From assembly GCA_046496215.1 (NCBI GenBank), contig JAWOHH010000139.1, positions 8,346 to 72,345 of the forward strand: a stretch of DNA of 64,000 bases, given 5' to 3'. Below the pieces are notes generated by a model. It saw only the letters and a list, made by a program, of their open reading frames with translations. It ran no database searches and was not told where the DNA came from. This document shows positions 18,475 through 27,879 of the stretch, piece after piece. Within the stretch, counting starts at the first letter, position 1, and every line of letters starts with the position of its first letter. This stretch comes from Desulfobacterales bacterium (lineage in GTDB: Bacteria; Desulfobacterota; Desulfobacteria; Desulfobacterales; SpSt-501). Both the position numbers and the translations under genes were made by a program.

Positions 18475-18523
18475 TTGTACATAAAATTACAAATAACCTC
18501 TAAAATTGTACAGATAAATACAA
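18475..18523. promoter_or_regulatory. Two TTGTACA-N6-TACAA boxes immediately upstream of the serine dehydratase start
   Basis: TTGTACATAAAATTACAA (18475-18492) and TTGTACAGATAAATACAA (18506-18523), 31 bp apart. Confidence 0.65.
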
Positions 18524-18526
18524 AAA

Positions 18527-20122
18527 ATGGTCTCCGGATTTCCCAGCATTTACAACGATGTGATCGGCCCGGTGATGCGGGGACCGTCGAGTTCGCACTG
18601 TGCGGCCGCCGTGCGCATCGGCCGCTTGGCCCGCGACCTGATGGGCGGCCGCATCGGCCGGGTTTTGATGGAATTCGACTCTAAGGGATCCCTGGCCTTC
18701 ACCCATGCGAGCCAGGGGTCCGACATGGGGTTTTTGGGCGGCCTCATGGGCTGGGATGCCCGGGACGATCGCCTGCTCGATTCAGCGACCGCCGCCCGGG
18801 ACGCCGGGATCGAAGCGGAAATCCGGGTCACCGACTTCGGCGACCCCCACCCCAACACCTACCGCCTGACCCTGAGCAACCCGGCCGAACGCCACACCAT
18901 GGTCGCCCTGTCCACCGGGGGGGGAATGATCGAGCTGGTCGAAATCGACCAGGTGCCGCTTTCGATCAAGGGCGACTATTTCGAGACCCTGGTTGCGGTG
19001 GGCTCGCCGACCGAGGGCTTCGCCGGTCTGGCAAATCTGGCAAAGGCGGCTGCCGAGCAAACCCACGTGCGGCAGGGGTCTAAAATGGCCCTGGTCCAGA
19101 TCCAGAGCCGGGCGCCCCTGCCCAACTTCGTCATGGCCGGCCTGGCGGCTTGGCCGGGAGTCCTTTGGATCAGAGCCCTCGCGCCGGTACTGCCGATCCT
19201 CTCCCGCCGACACCTGCGCGTGCCTTTCATCACCAGCGCCGAGATGCTGGCCTACCAGCCGGAGGAGGGGCTCGACCTCGGCCGGCTGGCCTTGCGCTAC
19301 GAGAGCGCCCGGGGCGGCATCCCCGAGGCCGAGGTGTTCCGGCGCATGGTAGAGATCGTGCGTACCCTGCGCGCCTCCATTACCGAGGGGCTCGAGGGCA
19401 CGGCATTCCAAAACCGAATCCTCGGGTTCCAGTCCGGCGGCTATGTCTCCGCCAAACGCTCAGGCCGACTGCTCGACGCCGGCCTGATGGACACCGTCAT
19501 CGCCTACGTGACGGCCCTGATGGAGGTCAAGAGCGCCATGGGGGTCATCGTGGCGGCCCCCACGGCCGGCGCCTGCGGCGCGCTGCCGGGGGCCGTGATC
19601 GGGGCCGCCGACGGAATGCAGCTGGACGAGGAGGAGATGGCCCGGGCCCTGCTGGCGGCCGGCATGCTGGGCGTCTTCATCTGCGCCCGCTCCACCTTCG
19701 CCGCCGAGGTCTGCGGGTGCATGGCCGAGTGCGGGTCCGCCGCGGGCATGGCCGCCGCCGCCCTGGTCACCCTTGCCGGCGGGAGCGCCCACCAGGCCGT
19801 CGATGCGGCCGCGATGGCCCTCCAGAACATGGTCGGCCTGGCCTGCGACCCGGTGGCCGGCCGTGTGGAGGTGCCCTGCCTCGGCAAGAACGTGCTGGCC
19901 GCAGCCAACGCCCTCGCCTGCGCCAACATGGCGCTCGCCGGGTACGACGCCGTCGTCCCCCTGGACGAGGTGATCGCCGCCATGGACCGGGCCGGCAGGA
20001 GCCTGCCCATGGAGCTGCGCTGCACGGGCCTGGGGGGACTTGCGACTACCGCAACCTCGCGGACGATCGAAAAGAAGCTGGCTGCGCCAACCACCGCAGT
20101 CAAAACAGGAGGCCGTCCATGA
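18527..20122 (+). CDS. Fe-S L-serine dehydratase family protein, fused beta/alpha
   Basis: IGPVMRGPSSSH and STGGG (beta); APTAGACG, CGCMAECG, GLACDPVAGRVEVPC, ELRCTGLGGLA (alpha). Confidence 0.88.
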   Translation: MVSGFPSIYNDVIGPVMRGPSSSHCAAAVRIGRLARDLMGGRIGRVLMEFDSKGSLAFTHASQGSDMGFLGGLMGWDARDDRLLDSATAARDAGIEAEIRVTDFGDPHPNTYRLTLSNPAERHTMVALSTGGGMIELVEIDQVPLSIKGDYFETLVAVGSPTEGFAGLANLAKAAAEQTHVRQGSKMALVQIQSRAPLPNFVMAGLAAWPGVLWIRALAPVLPILSRRHLRVPFITSAEMLAYQPEEGLDLGRLALRYESARGGIPEAEVFRRMVEIVRTLRASITEGLEGTAFQNRILGFQSGGYVSAKRSGRLLDAGLMDTVIAYVTALMEVKSAMGVIVAAPTAGACGALPGAVIGAADGMQLDEEEMARALLAAGMLGVFICARSTFAAEVCGCMAECGSAAGMAAAALVTLAGGSAHQAVDAAAMALQNMVGLACDPVAGRVEVPCLGKNVLAAANALACANMALAGYDAVVPLDEVIAAMDRAGRSLPMELRCTGLGGLATTATSRTIEKKLAAPTTAVKTGGRP

Positions 20123-21162
20123 AAAAACCCATGCGCATCATGACCGAAAGGCCGCTCAACGCCGAGACCCCGGCCGAACACCTCACCTCCTGGATCACCC
20201 CCAACGCGCTCTTCTTCGACCGCAACCAGGGCGCCATCCCGCCGCGGCGCGTCTCCCTCAAACGCTGGCGGCTGACAGTGGAAGGGGCGGTCGCCAAGCC
20301 GCTGGTGCTCGATTTTGAAGCCATTCGGCGCATGCCGAGAGCCATCGCGGCCGACACCCTGGAGTGCTCCGGAAACGGCCGCTCGCTCCTGGCCGAGAAG
20401 GCCGCCGGCAACCCCTGGACGATCGGCGGCGTGGGCAACGCCGTCTGGGGCGGGGTCTGGCTGCGGGAGGTCTTGCACACCGCCGGTCTTGCACCGGAGG
20501 CCCGGCATGTGGCCTTCGAGGGATTCGATGCGCCCCTGGGCTCCGCCGGCGTGAAATTCGTACGCAGCATCCCGATCGAAAAAGCGCTCGCATCCACCCT
20601 GCTCGCATATGAAATGAACGGCGAGCCGCTCCCGCTCAAGCACGGCTACCCCCTGCGGGCGCTGGCCCTGGGCTGGACCGGCGCCAATTGCGTCAAGTGG
20701 CTGAGCCGCATCGTCGTGCTGGACCGCCCCTATGAGGGCTTCTTTATGGACAAGGTCTACCGGGTTTTCCAGAAGGGGCAGGATCCCAAATCGGGCGAGG
20801 TCGTCGCGGGCCTCAAGCTGAAGTCCATCATCACACAGCCGCGGCCGGGTGAAAACCTGCCCGCTGGCCGCACCGTCGTGCTGGGGACCGCCTACGCCGG
20901 CGAGTCCGATGTGGTCCGGGTGGATGTCTCCGTGGACGGGGGGACAACCTGGCAGCCGGCTGAATTCACAGGCCCGCACGAGCCCTTTGCCTGGCGGCAG
21001 TGGCAGTTTCTCTGGCCGGTGCGGGAGCCTGGCAGCTACACCGTGATGGCCCGTGCTACGGACACGGAAGGGCTTTTCCAGCCGCTGCACTCCGAGTGGA
21101 ACGTCCTCGGATACGGCACCAACGGCGTTTACGAGCATGCCGTCACGGTGACCGTCGCGTGA
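20119..21162 (+). CDS. Sulfite oxidase-family molybdopterin enzyme (no signal peptide)
   Basis: PLNAETP, FFDRN, Moco Cys in LECSGNGR, AYEMNGEPLPLKHGYPLR, VKWL, C-terminal dimer domain; ATGA overlap with the upstream stop. Confidence 0.9.
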   Translation: MKKPMRIMTERPLNAETPAEHLTSWITPNALFFDRNQGAIPPRRVSLKRWRLTVEGAVAKPLVLDFEAIRRMPRAIAADTLECSGNGRSLLAEKAAGNPWTIGGVGNAVWGGVWLREVLHTAGLAPEARHVAFEGFDAPLGSAGVKFVRSIPIEKALASTLLAYEMNGEPLPLKHGYPLRALALGWTGANCVKWLSRIVVLDRPYEGFFMDKVYRVFQKGQDPKSGEVVAGLKLKSIITQPRPGENLPAGRTVVLGTAYAGESDVVRVDVSVDGGTTWQPAEFTGPHEPFAWRQWQFLWPVREPGSYTVMARATDTEGLFQPLHSEWNVLGYGTNGVYEHAVTVTVA

Positions 21163-22078
21163 TGTCGCCCCGGCAGCGGACCGGACGCCACAGCCCCGAG
21201 CCGTCGTTCCAGACCCGTGAAAACGGAGCCTCAGCATCCAATACCCGGGGCTCCGCAGCCCCGGAGACGATCTCGGACGCCTCCAGCCCGTACTGCGGGT
21301 CCCAGGGCATGAGGATGACGGCCTGAGGGGATTCAGGAATCGGCACCAACCGGGGCAGGATGCCCGGGCTCCACCTCCGGTAGGCTGCGGCAGCCTGCAG
21401 GGATGAAACGGTGGGGTGGTGCGCCAGCTCCCGCAGTGTTACCAGGCCCGGCGGGGTGAGGGGCACGGCGCCCGTGAGATTCGCCGCGAGCGCCTCTTGA
21501 GGGGCCAGCCAGCCCCCCTCTGTCGTTTCGCGCATATCCGGCAGGCAGAGCTGGCCCGGCGGCAGGGTGGTGATGAAAAAGCGGGTGTCGAAGCGCCGCG
21601 GCATGGCAAGCGGCGTGACCCAGCGCTCCCAGCGCCAAAGCGCGGAAAGGCTCAGGATCCAGCCGCCGGAGTCCACCAGCCGTTTGAACCAGCCGCCCTC
21701 GGTGCCGTGCGCAGCGCGAAAGGCGCAGGCGGCCCCAAAATCGCACCCGGCCGCATCGCGGCGATGCGCCAGCAACGCTTGCGACTCTTCGAAGGCTTCG
21801 CGCACGGCCGCAACCGCATACGGCAAGAGATCGAACCCCCCCGCCTCCCCCAGCCGGGCGGCGATCGCCTCGGCCGCCAGGTCCACCCGTTTCAGCCAGA
21901 ACCCCGCATCGTCGTCACCCGCATCGACCAGCCCGCCCGGGAAGACAAAGCTGCCCGGCATGAAGCCGCTCGTGCGGCTGCGGCGCAGCAGATAAACCTG
22001 AAGGCGGCCGGCAGCCTCCCGGACCAGGATCAGGGTCGCGGCCGGCACCGGTACCGGGGGGACTGCTTCGTCTGCCAT
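21143..22078 (-). CDS. NUDIX hydrolase (Nudt19-like CoA pyrophosphatase)
   Basis: AATLIL, FMPGSFVFPGG, AAVREAFEES, WVTP..RRFDTRFF. Confidence 0.85.
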   Translation of the reverse strand: MADEAVPPVPVPAATLILVREAAGRLQVYLLRRSRTSGFMPGSFVFPGGLVDAGDDDAGFWLKRVDLAAEAIAARLGEAGGFDLLPYAVAAVREAFEESQALLAHRRDAAGCDFGAACAFRAAHGTEGGWFKRLVDSGGWILSLSALWRWERWVTPLAMPRRFDTRFFITTLPPGQLCLPDMRETTEGGWLAPQEALAANLTGAVPLTPPGLVTLRELAHHPTVSSLQAAAAYRRWSPGILPRLVPIPESPQAVILMPWDPQYGLEASEIVSGAAEPRVLDAEAPFSRVWNDGSGLWRPVRCRGDITRRSP

Positions 22079-22088
22079 CGCGTCCGCC

Positions 22089-22397
22089 TCAGGCCGGAGT
22101 CAAAACGTGGATGCCGACGTTCTTCACCAGCCCCTGGACCTTTTCGCGGTAGCTCAGCATGTGCGGCGCCTTCAGGTGGGCCTGCAGCTCCTCCAAGCCG
22201 TCCCAGGCCTCGATGATCGTGACCGTTTCGGCCCGCGGGGCAGCCTGGACCGGTATCCCGGATTCGAGGTCCACGGCCGGCGTGTACCCGCGGCAGCCCT
22301 TCTCTGCCAGAACCAGCGGCACGTTCTCCTTGAGGATGCCGAGAAATTTCTCGCGGCTGCCCTCTTTCAGCTTTATTGTGGCGATCACGTGGATCAT
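22089..22397 (-). CDS. ABM-domain putative quinol monooxygenase
   Basis: MIHVIATI, VLAEKGC, IEAW, HLKAPHM pattern. Confidence 0.8.
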   Translation of the reverse strand: MIHVIATIKLKEGSREKFLGILKENVPLVLAEKGCRGYTPAVDLESGIPVQAAPRAETVTIIEAWDGLEELQAHLKAPHMLSYREKVQGLVKNVGIHVLTPA

Positions 22398-22641
22398 GGT
22401 GTTCCTCCTTTTTGTTTGCGATCACAGTATACGGCCTGCACACCCAGGTCAATGGCCACAGGCGGCTGGAAAGGGACGAGGCCCGGCCGCAGCCGATCAG
22501 ATGTTGCGGCGCGGGCCCTTTTCCATTGACAAGACCCGGCATCGGCATTAAAGATCTGCCTCGGTTTGTTGAATACCACTCACATCACACGCGGTTGTTT
22601 GAAGGCAACTCTTATCCAAATTCAGCCGGCAGGAGGGAGCT

Positions 22642-23907
22642 ATGGGTTTAACATCTGCATCGCGGAAATTGTTAACGGCATTCTGGATCGTCTTGACGGT
22701 CGTGGCCTTTGCGGGCGCCTCCGGCGCCTGGGCCCAGACTCCGGCGCCGGCCACGGAGCAGCCGGCCGCCGCGCAGCCCGCCCCGGCCGCCGCAAAACCG
22801 GCGGAAGCCAAGCCCAATGTCGTCGGGGACACCCTGGGGCTTCCGGCCAAGCTAGGCCAGGAGATCGCCAAAACCCCCGTAGGCACGGGCAAGGGCCAGA
22901 TCGACCCGAAGGCGCCGCGCGGGGCCTTCGGGATCCCCGGGGCGCCACAAGTCAGTTACATCCTTGCGCTGCTATGGGCCACATGGGTGGGATGGATCTT
23001 CTCGACTGTAGGGGCGTTCGGCGGAATCATGGCCGGGGTCGGGCACATGACGGTCTACGGTTTGGGCGACTATGTCCGAACCTTCAGGGAAACCGCGCCC
23101 GCTCTGAACAAGACCCTGACCGACAGCCTGCGCACATCCAACCAGTTCCTGGTCGGGCTTTCCTCCATTCTCAGCGTCATCAACTATCTCAAGTCCAGAA
23201 GAATGTCCTGGCCTCTCGGGCTTGCCCTGGGCGCGGGCTCCATCGTCGGCGCCTATTTGGCAGTGGCGCTGACCGGCGGCAAGATCAGCTTCAGCCAATA
23301 CCAGGGATGGTTCGGCGTATTCGTGCTGGTCGTGGGATTCGTGTTGATCTATGAACTGACACCCAAGGGCCAGGCCGGCAAGAAGGCTGCCAAGGCCGCA
23401 GCCCAGGCATTCGAGAAAACCGTCAAGGAGAAGGCGGACATTGCCTCGGCCGGCGTGAAGATCAATTCGTTCGGCGTCACCAAGGCGTCCATGACCTTCT
23501 TCGGGACCGAATTCACCTTCAACCCCATCGCCGCGTTCTGCGGCGGCGTGGTCATAGCCGCCATTTCGGCCTTCATCGGCGTGGGCGGCGGGTTCCTCTA
23601 CGTGCCCTACCTGACCAGCATCGTCGGCCTGCCGATGTTCGTCGTGGCCGGCACCTCCGCCTTGGCCGTTTTCATCAGCATGGTCACGAGCATCGGCACC
23701 TACATCACCCGTGCCGGGGCCGGCATGGACTGGGCCCTGGTCGGCATCCAGCTGGTCGGGGTCTTCATCGGATCGATGATAGGTCCACGGACTGCCAAAT
23801 ACCTCCCGGAGAAGTGGCTGAAGCTCATTTTCATCGTTCTGGCCCTGTACGTCGGTATCGGGTACCTGAGCAAGGGCTTCTTCGGCAGGGCTTGGGTCCC
23901 TATGTGA
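22642..23907 (+). CDS. TauE/SafE family sulfite exporter-like membrane protein
   Basis: STVGAFGG, IGVGGGFLYVP and VAGTS motifs; signal peptide and Pro/Ala linker. Confidence 0.85.
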   Translation: MGLTSASRKLLTAFWIVLTVVAFAGASGAWAQTPAPATEQPAAAQPAPAAAKPAEAKPNVVGDTLGLPAKLGQEIAKTPVGTGKGQIDPKAPRGAFGIPGAPQVSYILALLWATWVGWIFSTVGAFGGIMAGVGHMTVYGLGDYVRTFRETAPALNKTLTDSLRTSNQFLVGLSSILSVINYLKSRRMSWPLGLALGAGSIVGAYLAVALTGGKISFSQYQGWFGVFVLVVGFVLIYELTPKGQAGKKAAKAAAQAFEKTVKEKADIASAGVKINSFGVTKASMTFFGTEFTFNPIAAFCGGVVIAAISAFIGVGGGFLYVPYLTSIVGLPMFVVAGTSALAVFISMVTSIGTYITRAGAGMDWALVGIQLVGVFIGSMIGPRTAKYLPEKWLKLIFIVLALYVGIGYLSKGFFGRAWVPM

Positions 23908-23934
23908 TCAGTTAGAATTTGCTATGGTACTCCG

Positions 23935-23967
23935 GCCCGGGCCCTGTTTGAGGGCTCGGGCTTTTTT
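23935..23967 (+). terminator. Intrinsic terminator
   Basis: GCCCGGGCCCT-GTTTG-AGGGCTCGGGC followed by T6. Confidence 0.75.
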
Positions 23968-24007
23968 CTGCAAGAATCACCCACCGGCCAGCAGCGTGGA
24001 CTGAGTT

Positions 24008-24556
24008 ATGTGGTATTACTGGGACCCCTACCTCCTGGCCCTCTACCGGCTGACGGGCGTCGAGATCTTGGACGGGTTCATCGGCACCTTCCTGGCGGCG
24101 CTCCTTGCGGCCGTTGTCGGGGAGTTCACCATCTCCATCGTTTTTCGAATCAACCGCAAGCATCTCGACCGGCTGAACGACGACCTCAAAAAATACAGCG
24201 ACCTGTCGCAGGAGGCTCAGCGCCGCGGGGACTCCGTCAGTTACAAGGCATTGAACAAGCAGGCCAACGATGCCTACGGGCATGTTTTCTTCAACAAGTT
24301 CGGCCTCTCCGCAGCTTCTCTCTGGCCGGTCTTCTTTGCCTTGGACTGGATGCAGCCGCATTTTTCGGAAAATGGGGTCCCCGTACCCTTTTTCCCCGGG
24401 GGCGCCAACTACGTCGCGGTCTTCCTGGTCTGCTACATCCTGGCGCGGATCGTCTTCGGCCGCCTCAAACCCCACCTGCCCTATTTCAAGCAGCAGCACG
24501 CCATGCTGATGTCCTACGGGAAAAGAGAGCGGCCCGCCGAGGAGCCGCCCCCGTGA
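24008..24556 (+). CDS. Hypothetical membrane protein
   Basis: Three hydrophobic segments; YKALNKQANDAYG..FF coiled region; typical codon usage. Confidence 0.75.
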   Translation: MWYYWDPYLLALYRLTGVEILDGFIGTFLAALLAAVVGEFTISIVFRINRKHLDRLNDDLKKYSDLSQEAQRRGDSVSYKALNKQANDAYGHVFFNKFGLSAASLWPVFFALDWMQPHFSENGVPVPFFPGGANYVAVFLVCYILARIVFGRLKPHLPYFKQQHAMLMSYGKRERPAEEPPP

Positions 24557-24676
24557 TCACCTTCCTTTTGGAGCTCGGCTGTGCTATTGTCTAAAAATAC
24601 GCTTTGTAGCGGGCCGCGTGGTTTTTGAGCCGCCCGGGCGCCCCTCCGGCCCATTGGAAAAACAAGAGAGGTTTCA

Positions 24677-25351
24677 GTGGAAGCAGTTGCGTTCATGATC
24701 GACTTCATCCTGCACATCGACCGGCACCTGCAGGCGCTCTGCGCCAGCTACGGCCTCTGGGTCTACGCCATCCTGTTCGTCATCGTCTTCTGCGAGACCG
24801 GCCTGGTCGTCACACCGTTCCTGCCGGGCGACTCGCTGCTCTTCGCCGTGGGCTCGATGGCGGCCATAGGCGCCCTGGACCTGACCTGGGTCATTTTGAT
24901 CCTGATCGCCGCAGCCGTCATCGGCGACTCTGTGAACTACACCATCGGCAACCGCGTGGGGCCCAAGGTCTTTCACCAGGAGCACGGGCGGCTGCTCAAC
25001 AAGGAGTACCTGCTGCGGACCCACGCGTTTTACGAAAAACACGGCGGCAAGACGATCGTCATCGCCCGCTTTCTGCCCATCATCCGCACCTTCGCGCCCT
25101 TCGTGGCCGGGATCGGCAGCATGGCCTACCCCCGTTTTCTCTTCTTCAACGTCTCCGGCGCCATCCTGTGGGTCCTGATTTTCATCCTGGCCGGCTTCTG
25201 GTTCGGCAACATCCCCATGATTCAAAACAACTTCAGCCTGGTGATCCTGGCCCTGGTGTTGATCCCGGGCATCCCCAGCCTGGTGGAGATCATCCGGATG
25301 CAGCTGTCCCGCCGCCGGGCTAAACGAGCGGTGGCGGCCGGCCAGATGTAA
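24677..25351 (+). CDS. dedA: DedA family membrane protein
   Basis: FCETGLVVTPFLPGDSLLF; ARFLPIIRTFAPFVAG. Confidence 0.93.
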   Translation: MEAVAFMIDFILHIDRHLQALCASYGLWVYAILFVIVFCETGLVVTPFLPGDSLLFAVGSMAAIGALDLTWVILILIAAAVIGDSVNYTIGNRVGPKVFHQEHGRLLNKEYLLRTHAFYEKHGGKTIVIARFLPIIRTFAPFVAGIGSMAYPRFLFFNVSGAILWVLIFILAGFWFGNIPMIQNNFSLVILALVLIPGIPSLVEIIRMQLSRRRAKRAVAAGQM

Positions 25352-25374
25352 TCCCGCCCAACAACCTTTTTCTT

Positions 25375-25407
25375 CACTTAGGATGGCGCGCTGCGCCATC
25401 CTAAGTG
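25375..25407. repeat. Perfect 15-bp inverted repeat between convergent genes
   Basis: CACTTAGGATGGCGC-GCT-GCGCCATCCTAAGTG. Confidence 0.85.
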
Positions 25408-25549
25408 GGCAGTGACGCGTCCCCCTTGTGGGTGAGGCTCCCGGCCATCGTAGCCTGCACTTCGGCGGAATAGGCTCCAGCCGCGATGAGGCCTCCGTCC
25501 CGCCGAATCGAAGCTCCCGCAGAAAAATTTCGACTTCCTCAGGAATAGA

Positions 25550-26365
25550 TCAAGACGCGCCGGACACAAACCAGTCGATCAGGCGGCGGGCGATGCTGAT
25601 GGGGGGCGGGATCTGGGGCAACGCCTCGGCGGGGAACCAGCCGGCGTCGGCGATCTCCGCCGGGTTCACCCGGATCTCGCCGGCGGCGTATTCGGCGGTG
25701 AAGGCAACCATGAGGGAATCGGGAAACGGCCAGGGCTGGCTGCCGAAATAGCGGATGTTGTCCACCCGGATGCCCACCTCCTCGAGCACCTCCCGCCGCA
25801 CGCACTCCTCCAGGGTTTCACCGGGCTCGACAAAGCCGGCGATAACGCTGTAGAATTTCGACGGAAACCGCGGGGAGTGAGCCAGCAGGAGGCGGCGATC
25901 CCTGACGACGGCGACGATGACGGCCGGGGAGACCCGCGGGTGGTTGATCAGGCCGCAGCCCGGGCAGATCTTCGCCCGCTCAGCAGGGTGGTCTTCGGTG
26001 GGCTTGCCGCAGGTGCCGCAAAAGCGATGGTTGCAGTGCCAGTGTACCAACTGGCCGGCCCGGCCCGCCGCCCACACCAGCTCCTCCTCGATCAGCCCGA
26101 AGAGCCCCCGCAGCCCCTTCCAGGCAAACCCTGCATGGACCGGCGGGTCCGGCGTCAGACAGACGGCGCAGCAGGCGCGCCCGCCCCACTCCCCGAAATA
26201 GTGCGCCCAGGCGGCCGGCAGCCCGAGCGACAGAAGCTCGGCCATGGTCGGAATGGCGAGCCCCCGCTCCTGCTCTTTCACCAGCATCCTGCCGGCATGG
26301 AAGCCGAAACAGAGCGCATCGGGCGGCGCTGCGGTGTGGGCGTGGAAGCCCGGGGTCAAGCGCAT
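25550..26365 (-). CDS. nudC: NAD(+)/NADH diphosphatase
   Basis: FCGTCG..CPGC zinc ribbon, AGFVEPGETLEECVRREVLEE, SQPWPFP. Confidence 0.95.
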   Translation of the reverse strand: MRLTPGFHAHTAAPPDALCFGFHAGRMLVKEQERGLAIPTMAELLSLGLPAAWAHYFGEWGGRACCAVCLTPDPPVHAGFAWKGLRGLFGLIEEELVWAAGRAGQLVHWHCNHRFCGTCGKPTEDHPAERAKICPGCGLINHPRVSPAVIVAVVRDRRLLLAHSPRFPSKFYSVIAGFVEPGETLEECVRREVLEEVGIRVDNIRYFGSQPWPFPDSLMVAFTAEYAAGEIRVNPAEIADAGWFPAEALPQIPPPISIARRLIDWFVSGAS

Positions 26366-26374
26366 GGGCCCCCC

Positions 26375-27634
26375 TCACCGGAAACGCTCGACGCTGAAGG
26401 GGGCAGGGTCGATGTGCGGCGGTTCGCCGCAGACCAACTCGGCCACCAGCTTGCCCGTGGCCGGGGCGGTGGTGACCCCCAGCATGCCGTGGCCGGTCGC
26501 CAGCAGGAGGTTCGAGAACCCGGGCGCGCGTCCGATCACGGGCAGATCGTCGTAAGTCATGGGCCGCAGCCCGGCCCACTCCTCGAGGATCGGCTGCCCC
26601 AGCGGCTGCCTCAGGTAGTCGCCGGCCGCCGCTTTCAGGCCGTCCAGCCGGCGGCAGTTCAGATCCGTGTTGAAGCCCGAAAATTCCATGGTGCCGCCGA
26701 GGCGGTAGCCGCTCTCCCAGGGGGTGGCCACCACACGCCGCTCATGAAGGTAGCAGGGAATCCGCGGGCAAACGGCCGGCCGGCCCATGGTGATGCTGTA
26801 CCCCTTGCCCGGCTGGATCGGAAGCTTGACCCCCAACCGGCCCGCCATCCTTGAAGACCAGGCCCCGGCCGCCAGGACGACCTCCCGCGCCCCGATCGGG
26901 CCGATGCGGGTCTCGACCGCCTCGATCCGGCCGCCCTGTGTGCGAAAGCCGGTCAGCTCGCATCCCTCCGTGAAAACGACCCCGTCGCGGACCAAGCGCT
27001 GTCGCCAACTGCGCACCAGGGCATCGGGCCGCAGGTGGGCGTCGGAACGATGATGCCAAGCCCCGAAGAGATCCGGTCGCAGGGCCGGCTCGGCTTCGAC
27101 CAGGGATTTTCCGACCAGCGGCGTCGCCGCCAGGCCGAAGGGCTCGAGCAGGCGGTTGGTGGAGACATAGGAATCGAAAGCGGCCTCGGAGCGATAGACC
27201 AGAAGCACCCCGCGCCGTTCGAAGTCCGCCTGGAGCCCGCACCCGGCGAAGAGCTCATCGAAGAGCCGCGCCGAGCTGCCGAGAATGCTCTCACGCACCC
27301 GCATGGAGGCCTGAAGACGGCCGGCGCGGCAGGCCGCCGCAAAGTGGACCAGCCAGGTGATGAGGCCGAAATCCAGCCCCGGCTTTACGACTAGGGGCGA
27401 GGTCCCCCGGAGCATGCCCGCGATCTCCTTGCGGACGGCGCCGGGCACGCACAGGGGCACCAGGTCGCTCGTGAACACCAGCCCGCAATTGCCGTGGGAG
27501 GCGCCCTCCCCGACCCTGCCCCGGTCGATCACCCGCACGCCGCGCCCGGCCCGGATCAGGTAGTGGGCGCAGGCCAAGCCGATCACCCCCCCGCCGACCA
27601 CCAGGACATCGTCCTCTTTCGATTTGCCCTGCAC
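26375..27634 (-). CDS. FAD-dependent D-amino acid dehydrogenase (DadA-like)
   Basis: VVGGGVIG, GASHGNCG, PGKGYS, WAGLRP, ATGHGMLG; GTG start inferred. Confidence 0.85.
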   Translation of the reverse strand: MQGKSKEDDVLVVGGGVIGLACAHYLIRAGRGVRVIDRGRVGEGASHGNCGLVFTSDLVPLCVPGAVRKEIAGMLRGTSPLVVKPGLDFGLITWLVHFAAACRAGRLQASMRVRESILGSSARLFDELFAGCGLQADFERRGVLLVYRSEAAFDSYVSTNRLLEPFGLAATPLVGKSLVEAEPALRPDLFGAWHHRSDAHLRPDALVRSWRQRLVRDGVVFTEGCELTGFRTQGGRIEAVETRIGPIGAREVVLAAGAWSSRMAGRLGVKLPIQPGKGYSITMGRPAVCPRIPCYLHERRVVATPWESGYRLGGTMEFSGFNTDLNCRRLDGLKAAAGDYLRQPLGQPILEEWAGLRPMTYDDLPVIGRAPGFSNLLLATGHGMLGVTTAPATGKLVAELVCGEPPHIDPAPFSVERFR

Positions 27635-27789
27635 CAAAGCCCTCACGCCTTGATTTGACAGCCCATCTGCTTTTTGACATAGGTTGCCAGCGCAAGTCAC
27701 GCGATTTCCTGCAACTCTAACGGCGACGCTGCCGACCATCACGCTGGTTTTTCGATTTGGGAGCCCGGCTCCGGCAGCAGCGAGAAACT

Positions 27790-27813
27790 ATCGCGGCTGG
27801 AAGCCGCTCCCAC
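27790..27813 (-). repeat. REP-like palindrome GTGGGAGCGGCTTCCAGCCGCGAT
   Basis: GTGG tetramer plus GCGGCT/AGCCGC hairpin; degenerate partner arm at about 27758-27783. Confidence 0.55.
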
Positions 27814-27879
27814 ACGGGAGAGTAGTTGCGCACACGGTGAGGGCGACCCTCGTTGCGACTCGCTATCAAGGAGAAGAAC

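Noticed and set aside
19150-20118. N-terminal extension making a 670-aa sulfite oxidase ORF
   Set aside because: Overlaps the dehydratase gene in another frame; the real start at 20119 has a GGAGG RBS. The same applies to the over-long starts of mlaE, trpD and trpA.
25436-25460. GCTCCC..GTAGCCTGCAC shared with the trp leader (31970-31991)
   Set aside because: An 11-nt match without shared context; probably chance in GC-rich DNA.
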